Source: an uncultured Actinomycetes bacterium (GTDB lineage: Bacteria; Actinomycetota; Thermoleophilia; UBA2241). From it: DNA of 64,000 nucleotides. Made by a program: the position numbers and the translations under genes. The stretch's first letter is position 1; the number at the start of each line of letters is the position of its first letter. Positions 31,506 through 41,345 of this stretch are shown in pieces. Under the pieces are notes generated by a model. The model was given only the letters and a program-made list of their open reading frames with translations. It was not told the origin of the DNA and ran no database searches. The stretch covers positions 288,001-352,000 of the forward strand of contig CAVWIH010000014.1 in assembly GCA_963755025.1 (NCBI GenBank), written 5' to 3'.

Positions 31506-32185
31506 CGCTCTTCGGCGAACCGGTAGCCGACGCCGTAGACCGTCTCGATGTACGAGGGCGCGCCCTCGCGAGCCTCGAGCTTGCGGCGGATGTTCTTCAC
31601 GTGGGCGTCGATCGCCCGCTCGTAGGAGTCGAACGCGACGCCGCGCACCGCTTCGAGAAGCTGGCCGCGGGTCAGCACGCGCCCGGGCCGTCGCGCCAGG
31701 GCGACGAGCAGCTGGAACTCGGTCGGCGTCAGGTCGACCCGCTGCCCGGCGGCGCTCACGCGCATGGCGGGCACGTCGATGACCAAATCGGCGGCACGCA
31801 CGACGTCGGGCGCCTGCTGGGTGCCGTCGGTGCGGCGCAGCACGGCGCGCACCCGGGCGACGAGCTCCTTGGGGCTGAACGGCTTCACCATGTAGTCGTC
31901 GGCGCCCAGCTCGAGGCCGACGATACGGTCGGCTTCGTCGCCGCGCGCCGTGAGGACGATGATCGGCATGGCCGAGAACGCCCGCACCGTGCGCGTCACG
32001 TCGAGGCCGTCGAGGCCGGGCAGCCCGAGGTCGAGCACCATGAGGTCGGGCTTGGCGGCGCGCACCTGGTGCAGGGCGGCTTCGCCGTCGCCGGCGACGA
32101 GCGCGGCGAAGCCCGCGTGCTCGAGGTAGTCGCGCACGAGGCGGGCGATCTGCGGTTCGTCCTCGACGATCAGGATCGTTCTCAA
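31502..32185 (-). CDS. OmpR-family response regulator (BaeR-like)
   Basis: ILIVEDE, LDLGLPG, GADDYMVKPF, LTPTEF, ETVYGVGY. Confidence 0.93.
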   Translation of the reverse strand: MRTILIVEDEPQIARLVRDYLEHAGFAALVAGDGEAALHQVRAAKPDLMVLDLGLPGLDGLDVTRTVRAFSAMPIIVLTARGDEADRIVGLELGADDYMVKPFSPKELVARVRAVLRRTDGTQQAPDVVRAADLVIDVPAMRVSAAGQRVDLTPTEFQLLVALARRPGRVLTRGQLLEAVRGVAFDSYERAIDAHVKNIRRKLEAREGAPSYIETVYGVGYRFAEER

Positions 32186-32251
32186 GGGGCCACCCTACCC
32201 GAGGTCCGTCGTGTCGGCCGTCACGGCGGCGTTCACGACGGCTAGCATTCC

Positions 32252-32285
32252 CGGGCGGGGGCGGGCTTGCGCCCGCCCCCGCCCG
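32252..32285 (-). terminator. 15-bp stem hairpin (GCAA loop on the minus strand) between the membrane gene and the regulator
   Basis: cgggcgggggcgggc-ttgc-gcccgcccccgcccg. Confidence 0.6.
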
Positions 32286-32290
32286 CTCGG

Positions 32291-32821
32291 TCACGCCGCC
32301 GGGCCGTCGGCGGGACCGCCCTCCTGCGTCTCGGCCGGCGGCGGGTCGGCGGGCGCGCCGCCCGGGGGCGCCTCGTGCGCCCGGCGGTGCCACTCGTCGA
32401 AGGCCGGCGGCGGATCGCCCGGCGACCATCCGCCCGACCCTCCCGCGGCCGCGTCAGAGCCGGGACCCGGACTCGAGCCGTAGCCGGGACCGGGGCCAGG
32501 GCCGTACCCGGTACCAGGGCCGTACCCGTAGCCAGGACCCGAGCCGTAGCCGTGCATCCAGTGCCGATGCCACGGCCGCCGCCACGCGATCAGCGCGATC
32601 ACCGCCAGCACGACCACCGGGAAGAGCAGGAAGCCCGGGAAGAACCCGAACCCGCGGCCGTACCCGGGGTACCAGAGCGCGCCCGGTCCGACCCGGGTGA
32701 TGACGTGTGCGCCGCTTCCGATGCCGTGGTCGTAGCCCGCGTGGTAGGCGCCGGCGATGCCGAACACAAGCACCAGCGCCGCGAGCACGATCGCGATCAC
32801 GACGGCGATCTTTCGTCCCAC
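32291..32821 (-). CDS. Two-TM membrane protein with GYGPG repeats and FDEWHR motif
   Basis: AAGGGAG RBS then GTG; directly upstream of the two-component pair; paralog at 12644. Confidence 0.75.
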   Translation of the reverse strand: MGRKIAVVIAIVLAALVLVFGIAGAYHAGYDHGIGSGAHVITRVGPGALWYPGYGRGFGFFPGFLLFPVVVLAVIALIAWRRPWHRHWMHGYGSGPGYGYGPGTGYGPGPGPGYGSSPGPGSDAAAGGSGGWSPGDPPPAFDEWHRRAHEAPPGGAPADPPPAETQEGGPADGPAA

Positions 32822-32889
32822 GATGTCTCCCTTTCCTTCGAGGAACTCCGCGGCACTCGTGGCCGCCTGTCTCTAAGGATGTCCCGGGA

Positions 32890-32918
32890 TTGTGGAGCGA
32901 CTGTGAACGCGCTGGGGA
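32890..32918 (-). promoter_or_regulatory. OmpR-type direct-repeat box
   Basis: Minus strand: TCCCCAG-cgcg-TTCACAG-tcgc-TCCACAA, 11-bp period. Confidence 0.5.
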
Positions 32919-33053
32919 GATGTGGCCGGGCGGCGAGCCGGTGGAGACTGCCGACGCACGACCTACGGCGGCGCACGTTTCCGCGCGCCTGCCATCGTCA
33001 ACGTTTTCGTGTACTAGAGTCGGCGCCAAAAGGACACAGGGAGGCGGGCGATC

Positions 33054-33338
33054 ATGGCAGAGGCGGAGGAGTGGAGCGCCGACGAACGGCGCCTGTTCGA
33101 CGAGTACCGGCACGCCGGCAAGGAGCACGTGGCGCACGAGAACGACCGCATCCGGGTCGGTGACCGCGTGGCTACGCCCGGGGGCGCGGCCTGGGCTGTA
33201 GAGGAGCGCCTGGGCGGCTTTCTGATCAAGCTCGAGCCCGGCCCGCCCGACGACGGCTCGACCATCGTCGGCGACACGCTCAGCGGCCGCGAAGAGGTCT
33301 TTTACCTGCCCGCCGGGCTGCTGCGCAGACTCAACTGA
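33054..33338 (+). CDS. Hypothetical protein (94 aa)
   Basis: GGAGG RBS and GC3-biased codons; IRVGDRV suggests an SH3/KOW-like fold. Confidence 0.6.
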   Translation: MAEAEEWSADERRLFDEYRHAGKEHVAHENDRIRVGDRVATPGGAAWAVEERLGGFLIKLEPGPPDDGSTIVGDTLSGREEVFYLPAGLLRRLN

Positions 33339-33399
33339 GGAGGGCGACCGACGGACAGGGCGGCGGGGCCGCCCGTTCAGCGCCGCCGCTCGCGCGCGC

Positions 33400-34863
33400 C
33401 TAAGGCCGCCGGTGGTGCAGTTCGAGGCCCACGGCCGACCACTCCGGAAACCCTTTCCAGATACCGGCCGGGTAGCCCGCGTTGTTGTAGTCGTTGCTGT
33501 CGTTGGAGCTCACGTCGTCGACGTTCAGGTAGTCGGCGTAGGCGGCTCCCTTGAGCTGCAGCCCCAGGAACGCCGTGAGAAAGTGCTGGTTGACGTTGTT
33601 GGTGCGCGTGTTGTCGAGCGCCGGCTCCTGGTAGTGCGCGTAGTCGCGCCGGCGCGTGAAGGCGACGGGCGGCGCGGGGTTCACGGCGACCTCGTGGTCG
33701 CCGCTCTGATGCACCAGCAGGTAGCGGTCGGAGCTGGTCGCGTTGTCGAAGATGAACCGGACGCCGTCGTAGGGCGCGGTCTGGTCCTGGTCGCCGGCCA
33801 CGAACAACGCCGGTACCTTGATGCCCGCAAGACCGGCCGCGTCCCACGCCCCGTAGGTGCCGCCCCAGGGCGCGATCGGCACGATCGCCTTGATCCGCGA
33901 GTCGAGCAGGGCGGCGTGCTGCGGCGTGCCCGCCTCGAGGAACCGCAGCGTGTCGCCGGCCGCCCAGTACGGCGCCGAGGCAAAGGCCGGCGTGATGCCG
34001 GCGCCGGCGCAGATGAGCACCCCGTAGCCGCCCATCGAGTAGCCGATCAGCGCCGTGTTGTCGGCGTCGACGATGCCCGACAGGAAGCTGGGCGAGCCGC
34101 TGCCGCCCAGCCGCGCCATGGTCGCCAGCACGAACCCGATGTCGAGCGCGCGGTTGCGCAGCGTGCTGGCGAAGACCGTGGCGTCGGCGTGTGTGGAGTC
34201 GGTGTGGCTGATGGCGACCACCACGTAGCCCTTTGAGGCCAGGTTCTCGGTCAGGTTCGTGAGCAGCACGTCGGAGCCCGGGTAGCCGTGCGAGACGATG
34301 AGCAGCGGGTAGGGGCCCTGGCTCGGGTCGGGTCGCGCGTCGCGCAGGGCGCGGCCCGGGAACGTGAACGGCACGACCGGCCGGGTGGGATCGCCAGGAC
34401 CGCTGCCCAGGCTGTCGGCGTAGGTCGTGAGCTCGCGCTCGCGCCCGGGGATGACGGCCGGATACCACACCTGCAGGGGCAGGGGCCGGTCGTAGCGCGG
34501 ATCGGTGTCGGCGGCGCTGTAGCGCGCCATGTCGAGCTGATCGGGGTTGGTAATCGTCCATCCCCGCACGCCGACCTTGAAGGGCCCGCGCCGGGCCAGC
34601 TCGGGCGCGTCGGGGCGCAGGTCGCCAGGCATGGGGTAGCCGAGCCACGGGTCGTGGGTCGTCTCCGGCGAGCCGCTCTGTGCCGCGCCGTTCTGCGCTC
34701 CCGCCGAGCCCGCCGCACAGCCTGCCAGCAGGGAGACGCCGGCGGCCGCGGAGATGCCCAGCGCCGAGGCGCCGATCATGAGCTGACGGCGCGTCACCCG
34801 GCGGGCGCCGGCCTGGTCGGACTCGACGGTCTCGGCGTCGACGAGGCGCTGATCATCGACCAT
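33400..34863 (-). CDS. Tat-exported alpha/beta hydrolase (dienelactone hydrolase/PAF-acetylhydrolase-like), possibly a lipoprotein
   Basis: TRRQLM twin-Arg signal, LLAGC lipobox, SHGYPG, GYSMGG nucleophile elbow, GDQD, H. Confidence 0.85.
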   Translation of the reverse strand: MVDDQRLVDAETVESDQAGARRVTRRQLMIGASALGISAAAGVSLLAGCAAGSAGAQNGAAQSGSPETTHDPWLGYPMPGDLRPDAPELARRGPFKVGVRGWTITNPDQLDMARYSAADTDPRYDRPLPLQVWYPAVIPGRERELTTYADSLGSGPGDPTRPVVPFTFPGRALRDARPDPSQGPYPLLIVSHGYPGSDVLLTNLTENLASKGYVVVAISHTDSTHADATVFASTLRNRALDIGFVLATMARLGGSGSPSFLSGIVDADNTALIGYSMGGYGVLICAGAGITPAFASAPYWAAGDTLRFLEAGTPQHAALLDSRIKAIVPIAPWGGTYGAWDAAGLAGIKVPALFVAGDQDQTAPYDGVRFIFDNATSSDRYLLVHQSGDHEVAVNPAPPVAFTRRRDYAHYQEPALDNTRTNNVNQHFLTAFLGLQLKGAAYADYLNVDDVSSNDSNDYNNAGYPAGIWKGFPEWSAVGLELHHRRP

Positions 34864-35007
34864 GGTTCCCCCTGACCTGCCGCTTGCCGATGTCCCGAGC
34901 CTACAGCGGCCGCACCGCGCGCGAAAGAGCGCGCCGGGCCGCCGGCACGACTCAGGGCGGGCGACGCGCCGCTGCTCGCGCACAGTGGCACGGTCGCGCA
35001 GCCCCGA

Positions 35008-35961
35008 TCAGCGACCGTCGCGCGCCGCCGCCTCTTTGTGCACCGTCACACCGATCAGGTTGGTGAGCAGGCGCGTGACGGTGAGCGCGGTCAGGCCGTT
35101 CAGGTCGAGGCGCGGCACGAACTCGCAGAGATCGATGCCCGCCACGTCGGCGACGCGCGCCACAGCGCGCACGATGGCCGCGGCCTGCTCGAACCGCAGC
35201 CCGCCCGGGTACGGCCAGCCGGCGCCGGGCGCGCACCCCGGGTCGAGGCCGTCGAGGTCGATGGTGATGTAGTAGCGCGCGCCGGCGCGCAAGCGGTCGA
35301 GGACGACCGCCACGCCGGCTTCGTGCACCTGGTCGGCGGTGATCAGCACGTTGCCGGCGGCCAGTGCGGCCTCGACGTCGGCGGCCCGGGCGCTGCCCGG
35401 GCCGCGCAGCCCGACCTGCACGATGTCGGCCACGAAGGGCAGCTCACGCAGGCGACGGATCGGGCTCGAGTAGCCGTCCCTGACGCCGTCCACCTCGTCG
35501 CGAAAGTCGAGATGGGCGTCGATCTGCAGGATGTTGAGCTCGCGGGTCTGGTCGAGTCCGGCGACCACGAGCGGCGGGATGGCGTGGTCGCCGCCCACCA
35601 CGAGCGGCATGGCGCCACCGGCGACCAGGTCTTTGACACAGTCGGTCGACCCGCGCGCCGTGCCCGCCAGGTCTCGCGGGTCGCCGGCTACGTCGCCGCA
35701 GTCGACCAAGTCGAGGCGCCCGTCGGCCGCCAGCGGAGCCCCCAGGTCGAAGTCGTAGTGGTCGTGCTCACCGATGAACTGCCGCGAAGCGGCGCGCACC
35801 GCTTCGGCGGCGCCGGCGGACGGCGGGCAAACGCCGGCCATGTCGTAGGGCACGCCGAACGGCATGCCGAGAAAGGCAAAGCGCGCCCGGGCGGCGGCCG
35901 GGTCGGGAACCACCGGCGCTCCGAGAAAGCTGGTGGCCGATGGCACGGTAGTCCTGGGCAT
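35008..35961 (-). CDS. Ureohydrolase (agmatinase/arginase family)
   Basis: GGDHA, IDAHLD and IDLDGLDP metal-ligand motifs; AGGAGG RBS. Confidence 0.9.
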   Translation of the reverse strand: MPRTTVPSATSFLGAPVVPDPAAARARFAFLGMPFGVPYDMAGVCPPSAGAAEAVRAASRQFIGEHDHYDFDLGAPLAADGRLDLVDCGDVAGDPRDLAGTARGSTDCVKDLVAGGAMPLVVGGDHAIPPLVVAGLDQTRELNILQIDAHLDFRDEVDGVRDGYSSPIRRLRELPFVADIVQVGLRGPGSARAADVEAALAAGNVLITADQVHEAGVAVVLDRLRAGARYYITIDLDGLDPGCAPGAGWPYPGGLRFEQAAAIVRAVARVADVAGIDLCEFVPRLDLNGLTALTVTRLLTNLIGVTVHKEAAARDGR

Positions 35962-36060
35962 GGTCCTCCTTGAGTCGCGACGCTGCCGAACAACTGACAG
36001 ACTGTTCGGGCACCTGCCCGTGACACCCTCCCCCACGGCCACCCGGCGCGGCTTCTCCGG

Positions 36061-36155
36061 CCGGCGGCTCGTGAGACAGAGACACCGGCCGGCGGCCCGT
36101 GGGGCAGAGACACCGCCCGGCGGACCGTGAGGCAGAGACACCGCCCGGCGGACCG
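36061..36155. repeat. About 3.4 x 28-bp tandem repeat in a divergent intergenic region
   Basis: ccggcggNyCGTGrgrcagagacaccgs units at 36061, 36089 and 36117, plus a partial unit at 36145. Confidence 0.8.
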
Positions 36156-36196
36156 GCGGCGGACCGCCCGCGCGAAGGGCGCGAAGGGGGCGACAG

Positions 36197-36964
36197 TTGA
36201 CGACCACCGGCGTCGCGCGGCACTCTGGGGCGGTGACCGACTCACCCAAACCCGGCTCCGACTGCTCCGCGACACGTCCGGGGGGGCTCACACTGATCGC
36301 TTGCCCCGCCGTGCTCGGCGAGCTCGCGCCCGGCGCCACCGACGGCGTCGAGTGCGTGACGCTCGACGCGCAGCTCCACTTGAGCCCAGAGAAGCTCAAG
36401 GAAGGGCTCCGCGTCGCCGTCGCCGCCGCCGACCGGCCCGGGGCCACCATCGTGCTGGGCTACGGCATGTGCTCCAACGCGGTGCTCGGCTTGCGCACGC
36501 AGCACGCGACCCTGGTCGCGCCGCGGGTCGACGACTGCATCGCCATGATGCTCGGCTCCAACGCCGCGTTCGCGGCGCAGTCCGAGAAGGTGCGCGGCTC
36601 CTATTACCTCACGAAGTCGTATCTCGAGGACTGCGACACCATCCTCACCGAGTACGACAAGCTCGTCGAAAAGCGCGGCGCCGAGCGCGCCGAGCAGCTC
36701 ATGGGTCTTATGCTCAACCACTACACGCGCCTCGTGCTGATCGACACCGGGCGCCACGACCTCGCCCCCTACCGCGAGCGGGTCGAGGACTTCGCGGCGC
36801 GCTTCGGCATGACAGTCGAGGACGTGCCCGGCACGACCGAGCTGGTCGACGCGCTCGTGGTGGCCGGGTGGGGCGACGATTTCGTCGTCGCCCCACCCGG
36901 CCACGAGCTCACCCTCGACGATTTTCGGGCAGAGCCGAGCCCGTCCGAGCCGGCCGCATCGTAA
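36197..36964 (+). CDS. DUF1638 family protein
   Basis: LIAC, LH..PEKL, LGYGMCSN, PRVDDCI..LGS, YYLT, Y.R..LIDTG; start uncertain. Confidence 0.85.
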   Translation: MTTTGVARHSGAVTDSPKPGSDCSATRPGGLTLIACPAVLGELAPGATDGVECVTLDAQLHLSPEKLKEGLRVAVAAADRPGATIVLGYGMCSNAVLGLRTQHATLVAPRVDDCIAMMLGSNAAFAAQSEKVRGSYYLTKSYLEDCDTILTEYDKLVEKRGAERAEQLMGLMLNHYTRLVLIDTGRHDLAPYRERVEDFAARFGMTVEDVPGTTELVDALVVAGWGDDFVVAPPGHELTLDDFRAEPSPSEPAAS

Positions 36965-36974
36965 GCGTCCGTCG

Positions 36975-37472
36975 TCAGCTCAGGCCGGCCAGCAGGCGGT
37001 CGAGCGCCGCGTAGCTTTCGTTCAGGCCGCCCTCCATGCCCGACTGCAGCATGCCGTCGCGCTCCTCGCCCGTGTGGAACAGCGAGGTCGTGACGAGCTT
37101 CGTGCGGCCGTCGCCCAGGTCTTCGAACGTCAACGTGTTCACCACCACGTGGCCCGGCATGCCGTCCCACTCGAAGGTCTGCACGATGCGTTCCTCAGGG
37201 GTCACCTCGCGATAGCGGCCCTCGAACCCCACAAGGCCCTCGGGGCCGTGCTCGACGTAGCGCCAGTGGCCGCCGCGCTCGACCTGCATGCGCACGACGT
37301 CGAGCTTGTTGCCGCGGCCCCACCACTCGGCGACGAGCGCCGGGTCGGTGCAGGCGCGCCACACCCGCTCGCGGGGCGCGTCGAAGACTCGTTCTACGCG
37401 GATCTCGCGTTCGGCCGGGGTGGTCACCTGGGCCGGGGCCGAGGGCTCGGGCTGCCGGAGGGGAGTACTCAT
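36975..37472 (-). CDS. SRPBCC/AHSA1-like ligand-binding protein
   Basis: RVFDAPRERVW..TDP..WWG, GG.WRY, SGMEGG. Confidence 0.9.
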   Translation of the reverse strand: MSTPLRQPEPSAPAQVTTPAEREIRVERVFDAPRERVWRACTDPALVAEWWGRGNKLDVVRMQVERGGHWRYVEHGPEGLVGFEGRYREVTPEERIVQTFEWDGMPGHVVVNTLTFEDLGDGRTKLVTTSLFHTGEERDGMLQSGMEGGLNESYAALDRLLAGLS

Positions 37473-37807
37473 GACGAAAGTCCTTTCTCACGATCGAGGA
37501 ACTCGCCCAGCCGGTCGAGGCGCGCTTCGAGCGTCTGCCGGTACAGGGCGATCCAGTCGGTTTCGTCGTCGAGGCGCCGCGGACCCAGTCTGCAGGAACG
37601 CACCCGGCCGACCTTCTCGGTGGTCAGGAGCCCCGCCTGTTCGAGGATCCGCACGTGCTTCTTGACGCCGGTGAGCGACATGTCGAAGGCGTCGGCGAGC
37701 TCGCTGAGCGAGCGATCGCCCTCGCCGAGACGCTCGAGGATGCCGCGGCGAGTCGGGTCGGACAGGGCCGCGAAGGTGGCATCGAGCTGAGGAGAATACT
37801 GAACCAT
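37469..37807 (-). CDS. ArsR family transcriptional regulator
   Basis: FAALSDPTRRGIL, KHVRILE.AGL, GRVR. Confidence 0.92.
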   Translation of the reverse strand: MVQYSPQLDATFAALSDPTRRGILERLGEGDRSLSELADAFDMSLTGVKKHVRILEQAGLLTTEKVGRVRSCRLGPRRLDDETDWIALYRQTLEARLDRLGEFLDREKGLSS

Positions 37808-37820
37808 ATGGTTCAGTATT
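37795..37820. promoter_or_regulatory. Perfect 26-bp palindromic operator overlapping the ArsR start codon
   Basis: aatactgaaccatatggttcagtatt. Confidence 0.8.
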
Positions 37821-37858
37821 GTCGTCTTAACGACTCGCCAAACATCAGCTGCGCGGCG

Positions 37859-38311
37859 TCACGCAGGAGCGGCGTCGCCGGCGAGGCCCTTGGCGCGCAG
37901 CTCGTCGAGGGCGTCGCTCGTCTTCGCCAGGGCGTCGAGGCCCATGCCGTGCAGCACTCCCGGCGCCTTCGAGAACTGGATCTCGCGGTAGTCGACCACC
38001 TGCACGTGGTTGCCCCAGGGGTCGCTGAAATCGACCGAGCCGGAGCGCTGCACCTCCACGCCCGCCTCGCGCAGCAGCGCCCGCACCGCCTCTTTGTCGT
38101 CGACCACGAGCCCGAAGTGCCGCGTGCTGTCCGGTGGCTGTGAGCGCCCCGCCATGAGGGCGAGGAACTGGTCGCCCATGTCGACGAACGCCGCCTTGCC
38201 GCCCGCTCGCCCGCGCAGGCGCACGTCGAAGAAGCGTCCGTACCAGGCCAAGGCTTCGTCGATATCGCCTACCTCGAGCGCCACATGGTTGATGCCGACC
38301 AGACGTGCCAT
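37859..38311 (-). CDS. VOC/glyoxalase family protein
   Basis: GINHVALEV, HFGLVV, DPWGN. Confidence 0.88.
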   Translation of the reverse strand: MARLVGINHVALEVGDIDEALAWYGRFFDVRLRGRAGGKAAFVDMGDQFLALMAGRSQPPDSTRHFGLVVDDKEAVRALLREAGVEVQRSGSVDFSDPWGNHVQVVDYREIQFSKAPGVLHGMGLDALAKTSDALDELRAKGLAGDAAPA

Positions 38312-38500
38312 GAGGGCCTCCTCAGCCGTTTATCCGCCTGTGTTCCCGTGGTTCGGCGAGACGTGTCCATCGGCGCGATGGCCAGGGCGATCGGCCGGGC
38401 GAGACCTGCCGGTGGTCTGGCGACTCAGTGGCAGGCCGTCTTGCGAGGCCGCGGGTGGTCTTTGGCGGCTAAAGCGGCAGGCGGCGTGTGGGAGCTGCGC

Positions 38501-38809
38501 CTAGGCCGTCGGGCGCCCGCAGCAGCCGCGACTCTCGGCGGCGCTGCCCGACTCCTGCTTGTGAGGCGCGCAGAAGCGACAGGTGCAGCCGTCGAGGTGG
38601 TGCCAGCCGTCGTCGAGGAGGTGCTCCGTGCCGCGCAGGCTGCTCGGCCTGACGGACATGGGAGCGGACTCGGGGGCGCCAGCCTGCGCCGCAAGGCCGA
38701 CCGGCATGACTATCCGCAACAGGGTGTCGTTGGCAAAGATGTAGTGCAGTCCGTGCCACGCGAACACCCTGGCCTTCTTGACCTGCTCGAACGTCAGGCC
38801 TACCGCCAT
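38501..38809 (-). CDS. Hypothetical protein with a C-terminal WHHLDGCTCRFC motif
   Basis: AAAGGGG RBS; His/Cys cluster. Confidence 0.6.
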   Translation of the reverse strand: MAVGLTFEQVKKARVFAWHGLHYIFANDTLLRIVMPVGLAAQAGAPESAPMSVRPSSLRGTEHLLDDGWHHLDGCTCRFCAPHKQESGSAAESRGCCGRPTA

Positions 38810-39039
38810 GCCAATCGCCCCCTTTGCCGCACTAAACGTCGGGAAGCGTACGTGCTGGGCGAAGTTCCTGCAACCGGCCGTCGGGACTCAGGAGTGACGG
38901 CGAGGGCTGCCAGGGGGCTCCGCCATCCCGCGCCCCGACGAGCCCTGCACGCCCGGCGAAGTCGCCAACGACCCCGAGGACTCACATCGACGAGAGGCGG
39001 GTAGTCAGGTCTCGAACACCCGAGTTGTGGAGGACAGCC

Positions 39040-39330
39040 ATGACCAAGAGTAGCGAGGAACTGACTTTCGTGGCCATCGAGGGCAGCAGCCTGCCCCACT
39101 CGCACGCCGTGCTCATCGAGACCTCGCGCGGCTGGCACGTCGAGCTTGAAGACGTCCCCTCCGACAGCTGCCCGCTCGTCAGGGCGGAGTGTGAGATCAC
39201 CTTCGACACGTGGGAAGGCGACCGCTACGCGGGCACCGTCGCGGCGACCTACGTCACCGACAACGCCGGCTATGTGCTGTTGACCGGCGTCGGCGAGCTG
39301 CAACACAGCGCCGCCGCCGACGTGGCCTAG
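39040..39330 (+). CDS. Small hypothetical beta-rich protein (paralog of 5294-5584)
   Basis: GGAGG RBS; shared motifs with the 5294 ORF. Confidence 0.75.
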   Translation: MTKSSEELTFVAIEGSSLPHSHAVLIETSRGWHVELEDVPSDSCPLVRAECEITFDTWEGDRYAGTVAATYVTDNAGYVLLTGVGELQHSAAADVA

Positions 39331-39439
39331 CCGACGCGGCGGCCGCGCGAGGGGCCGACTCGCTGCGGCGTGCCCGCGACCTGGTCCGGGCGCGCGCGGT
39401 CGCGCCGCGCGGGCGCGCTTCGGCGGGCGGCGCCGCGGG

Positions 39440-40078
39440 TCAGGCCAGCGCCCTGCGCACCGCCTCGGCGAGAGCGGCCGGGGGCTGCGCGCCGCTCACC
39501 AGGTAGCGGTCGGCGATCACGAAGCCGGGCACGGCGCGGATGCCCAAGTCGGCGGCCAGCCGCTGTTCGGCACGCACGGCGACCGCGTAGTCGTCGCCGT
39601 CGAGGACGGCCGCTATGCGCTCGGCCGACAGGCCGGCCGTCGCCGCGGCGTTCGCCAGCACGTCGCGCAGGCCCACGTTCTCGCCCCGCGCCCAATAGGC
39701 CGCGAACAGCTCATCGCCGAGCGCCTGGTGCGCGGCCGCGCCGTCGTGCAGAGCCGCGGCCAGCAGGCGGTGAGCGGCGAAGGTGTTCGGTCGGACCGAG
39801 GGCGCGCTCAGGTCGCGCATGGGCAGGCCCTCGTCGCGCGCGATGCCCGCCAGGCGCTCGTTCATCTCGGCGACCAGGTCGGGCGGGTACTTGCCCTTCA
39901 TGTGCTCCTGCGCGTCGATCCCTTCGGCCGGCACGGTCGGGTCGAGCTCGAAGGCGCCGTAGCGCCAGTCCACCTGCGCGGCGTCCTCGCCGAGCATCTG
40001 CAGTGCCACTCGCCAGCGCTCCACGCCGACATAGCACCATGGTCACACCACATCTGACCAGATCACGACGTCGATCAT
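39440..40078 (-). CDS. DsbA/FrnE-family oxidoreductase, selenoprotein (Sec at TGA 40043-40045)
   Basis: AAGGAG RBS; MIDVVIWSDVV-TGA-PWCYVG gives UPWC in place of CPWC; FELDP, PNTFAAHRL, GIRAVP and SGAQP motifs; SECIS-like hairpin downstream. Confidence 0.85.
40004..40036 (-). promoter_or_regulatory. Bacterial SECIS-like stem-loop
   Basis: Minus strand: TGCTAT-GTCGGCG-TGGAG-CGCTGGC-GA-GTGGCA; apical loop starts 19 nt after the UGA, with G at loop position 2. Confidence 0.65.
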
Positions 40079-40242
40079 GGCGACTCCTTTGCTTCGTGCG
40101 ACCGGGTCGGCGCCGCCCACGGAAGACGTGGCGACGGCGGGCCGGCAGCCTTGACTGCGGGGTCGGGAGGCGCGCCGGCCCTCAGCCTTGTAGTCTAAGC
40201 GTTCACGAGGCATGAGCGACGCGTTGTTCGACGAAGCAGGAG

Positions 40243-41343
<1,101 letters not shown>

Positions 41344-41345
41344 GA

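Noticed and set aside
36061-36155. 28-bp repeats as a possible mini-CRISPR array
   Set aside because: The units are head-to-tail with no unique spacers, and there are no cas genes in the window.
35962-36196. Guanidine riboswitch upstream of the ureohydrolase
   Set aside because: I could not find ykkC-I or ykkC-III consensus elements or paired ACGR-loop hairpins; the ACGG words in the repeats are not closed by stems.
38990-39010. SigB/SigF-type GGGTA -10 elements before small stress-like genes (also near 59450)
   Set aside because: No convincing matching -35 (GTTT) at the right spacing; too weak in a GC-rich background.
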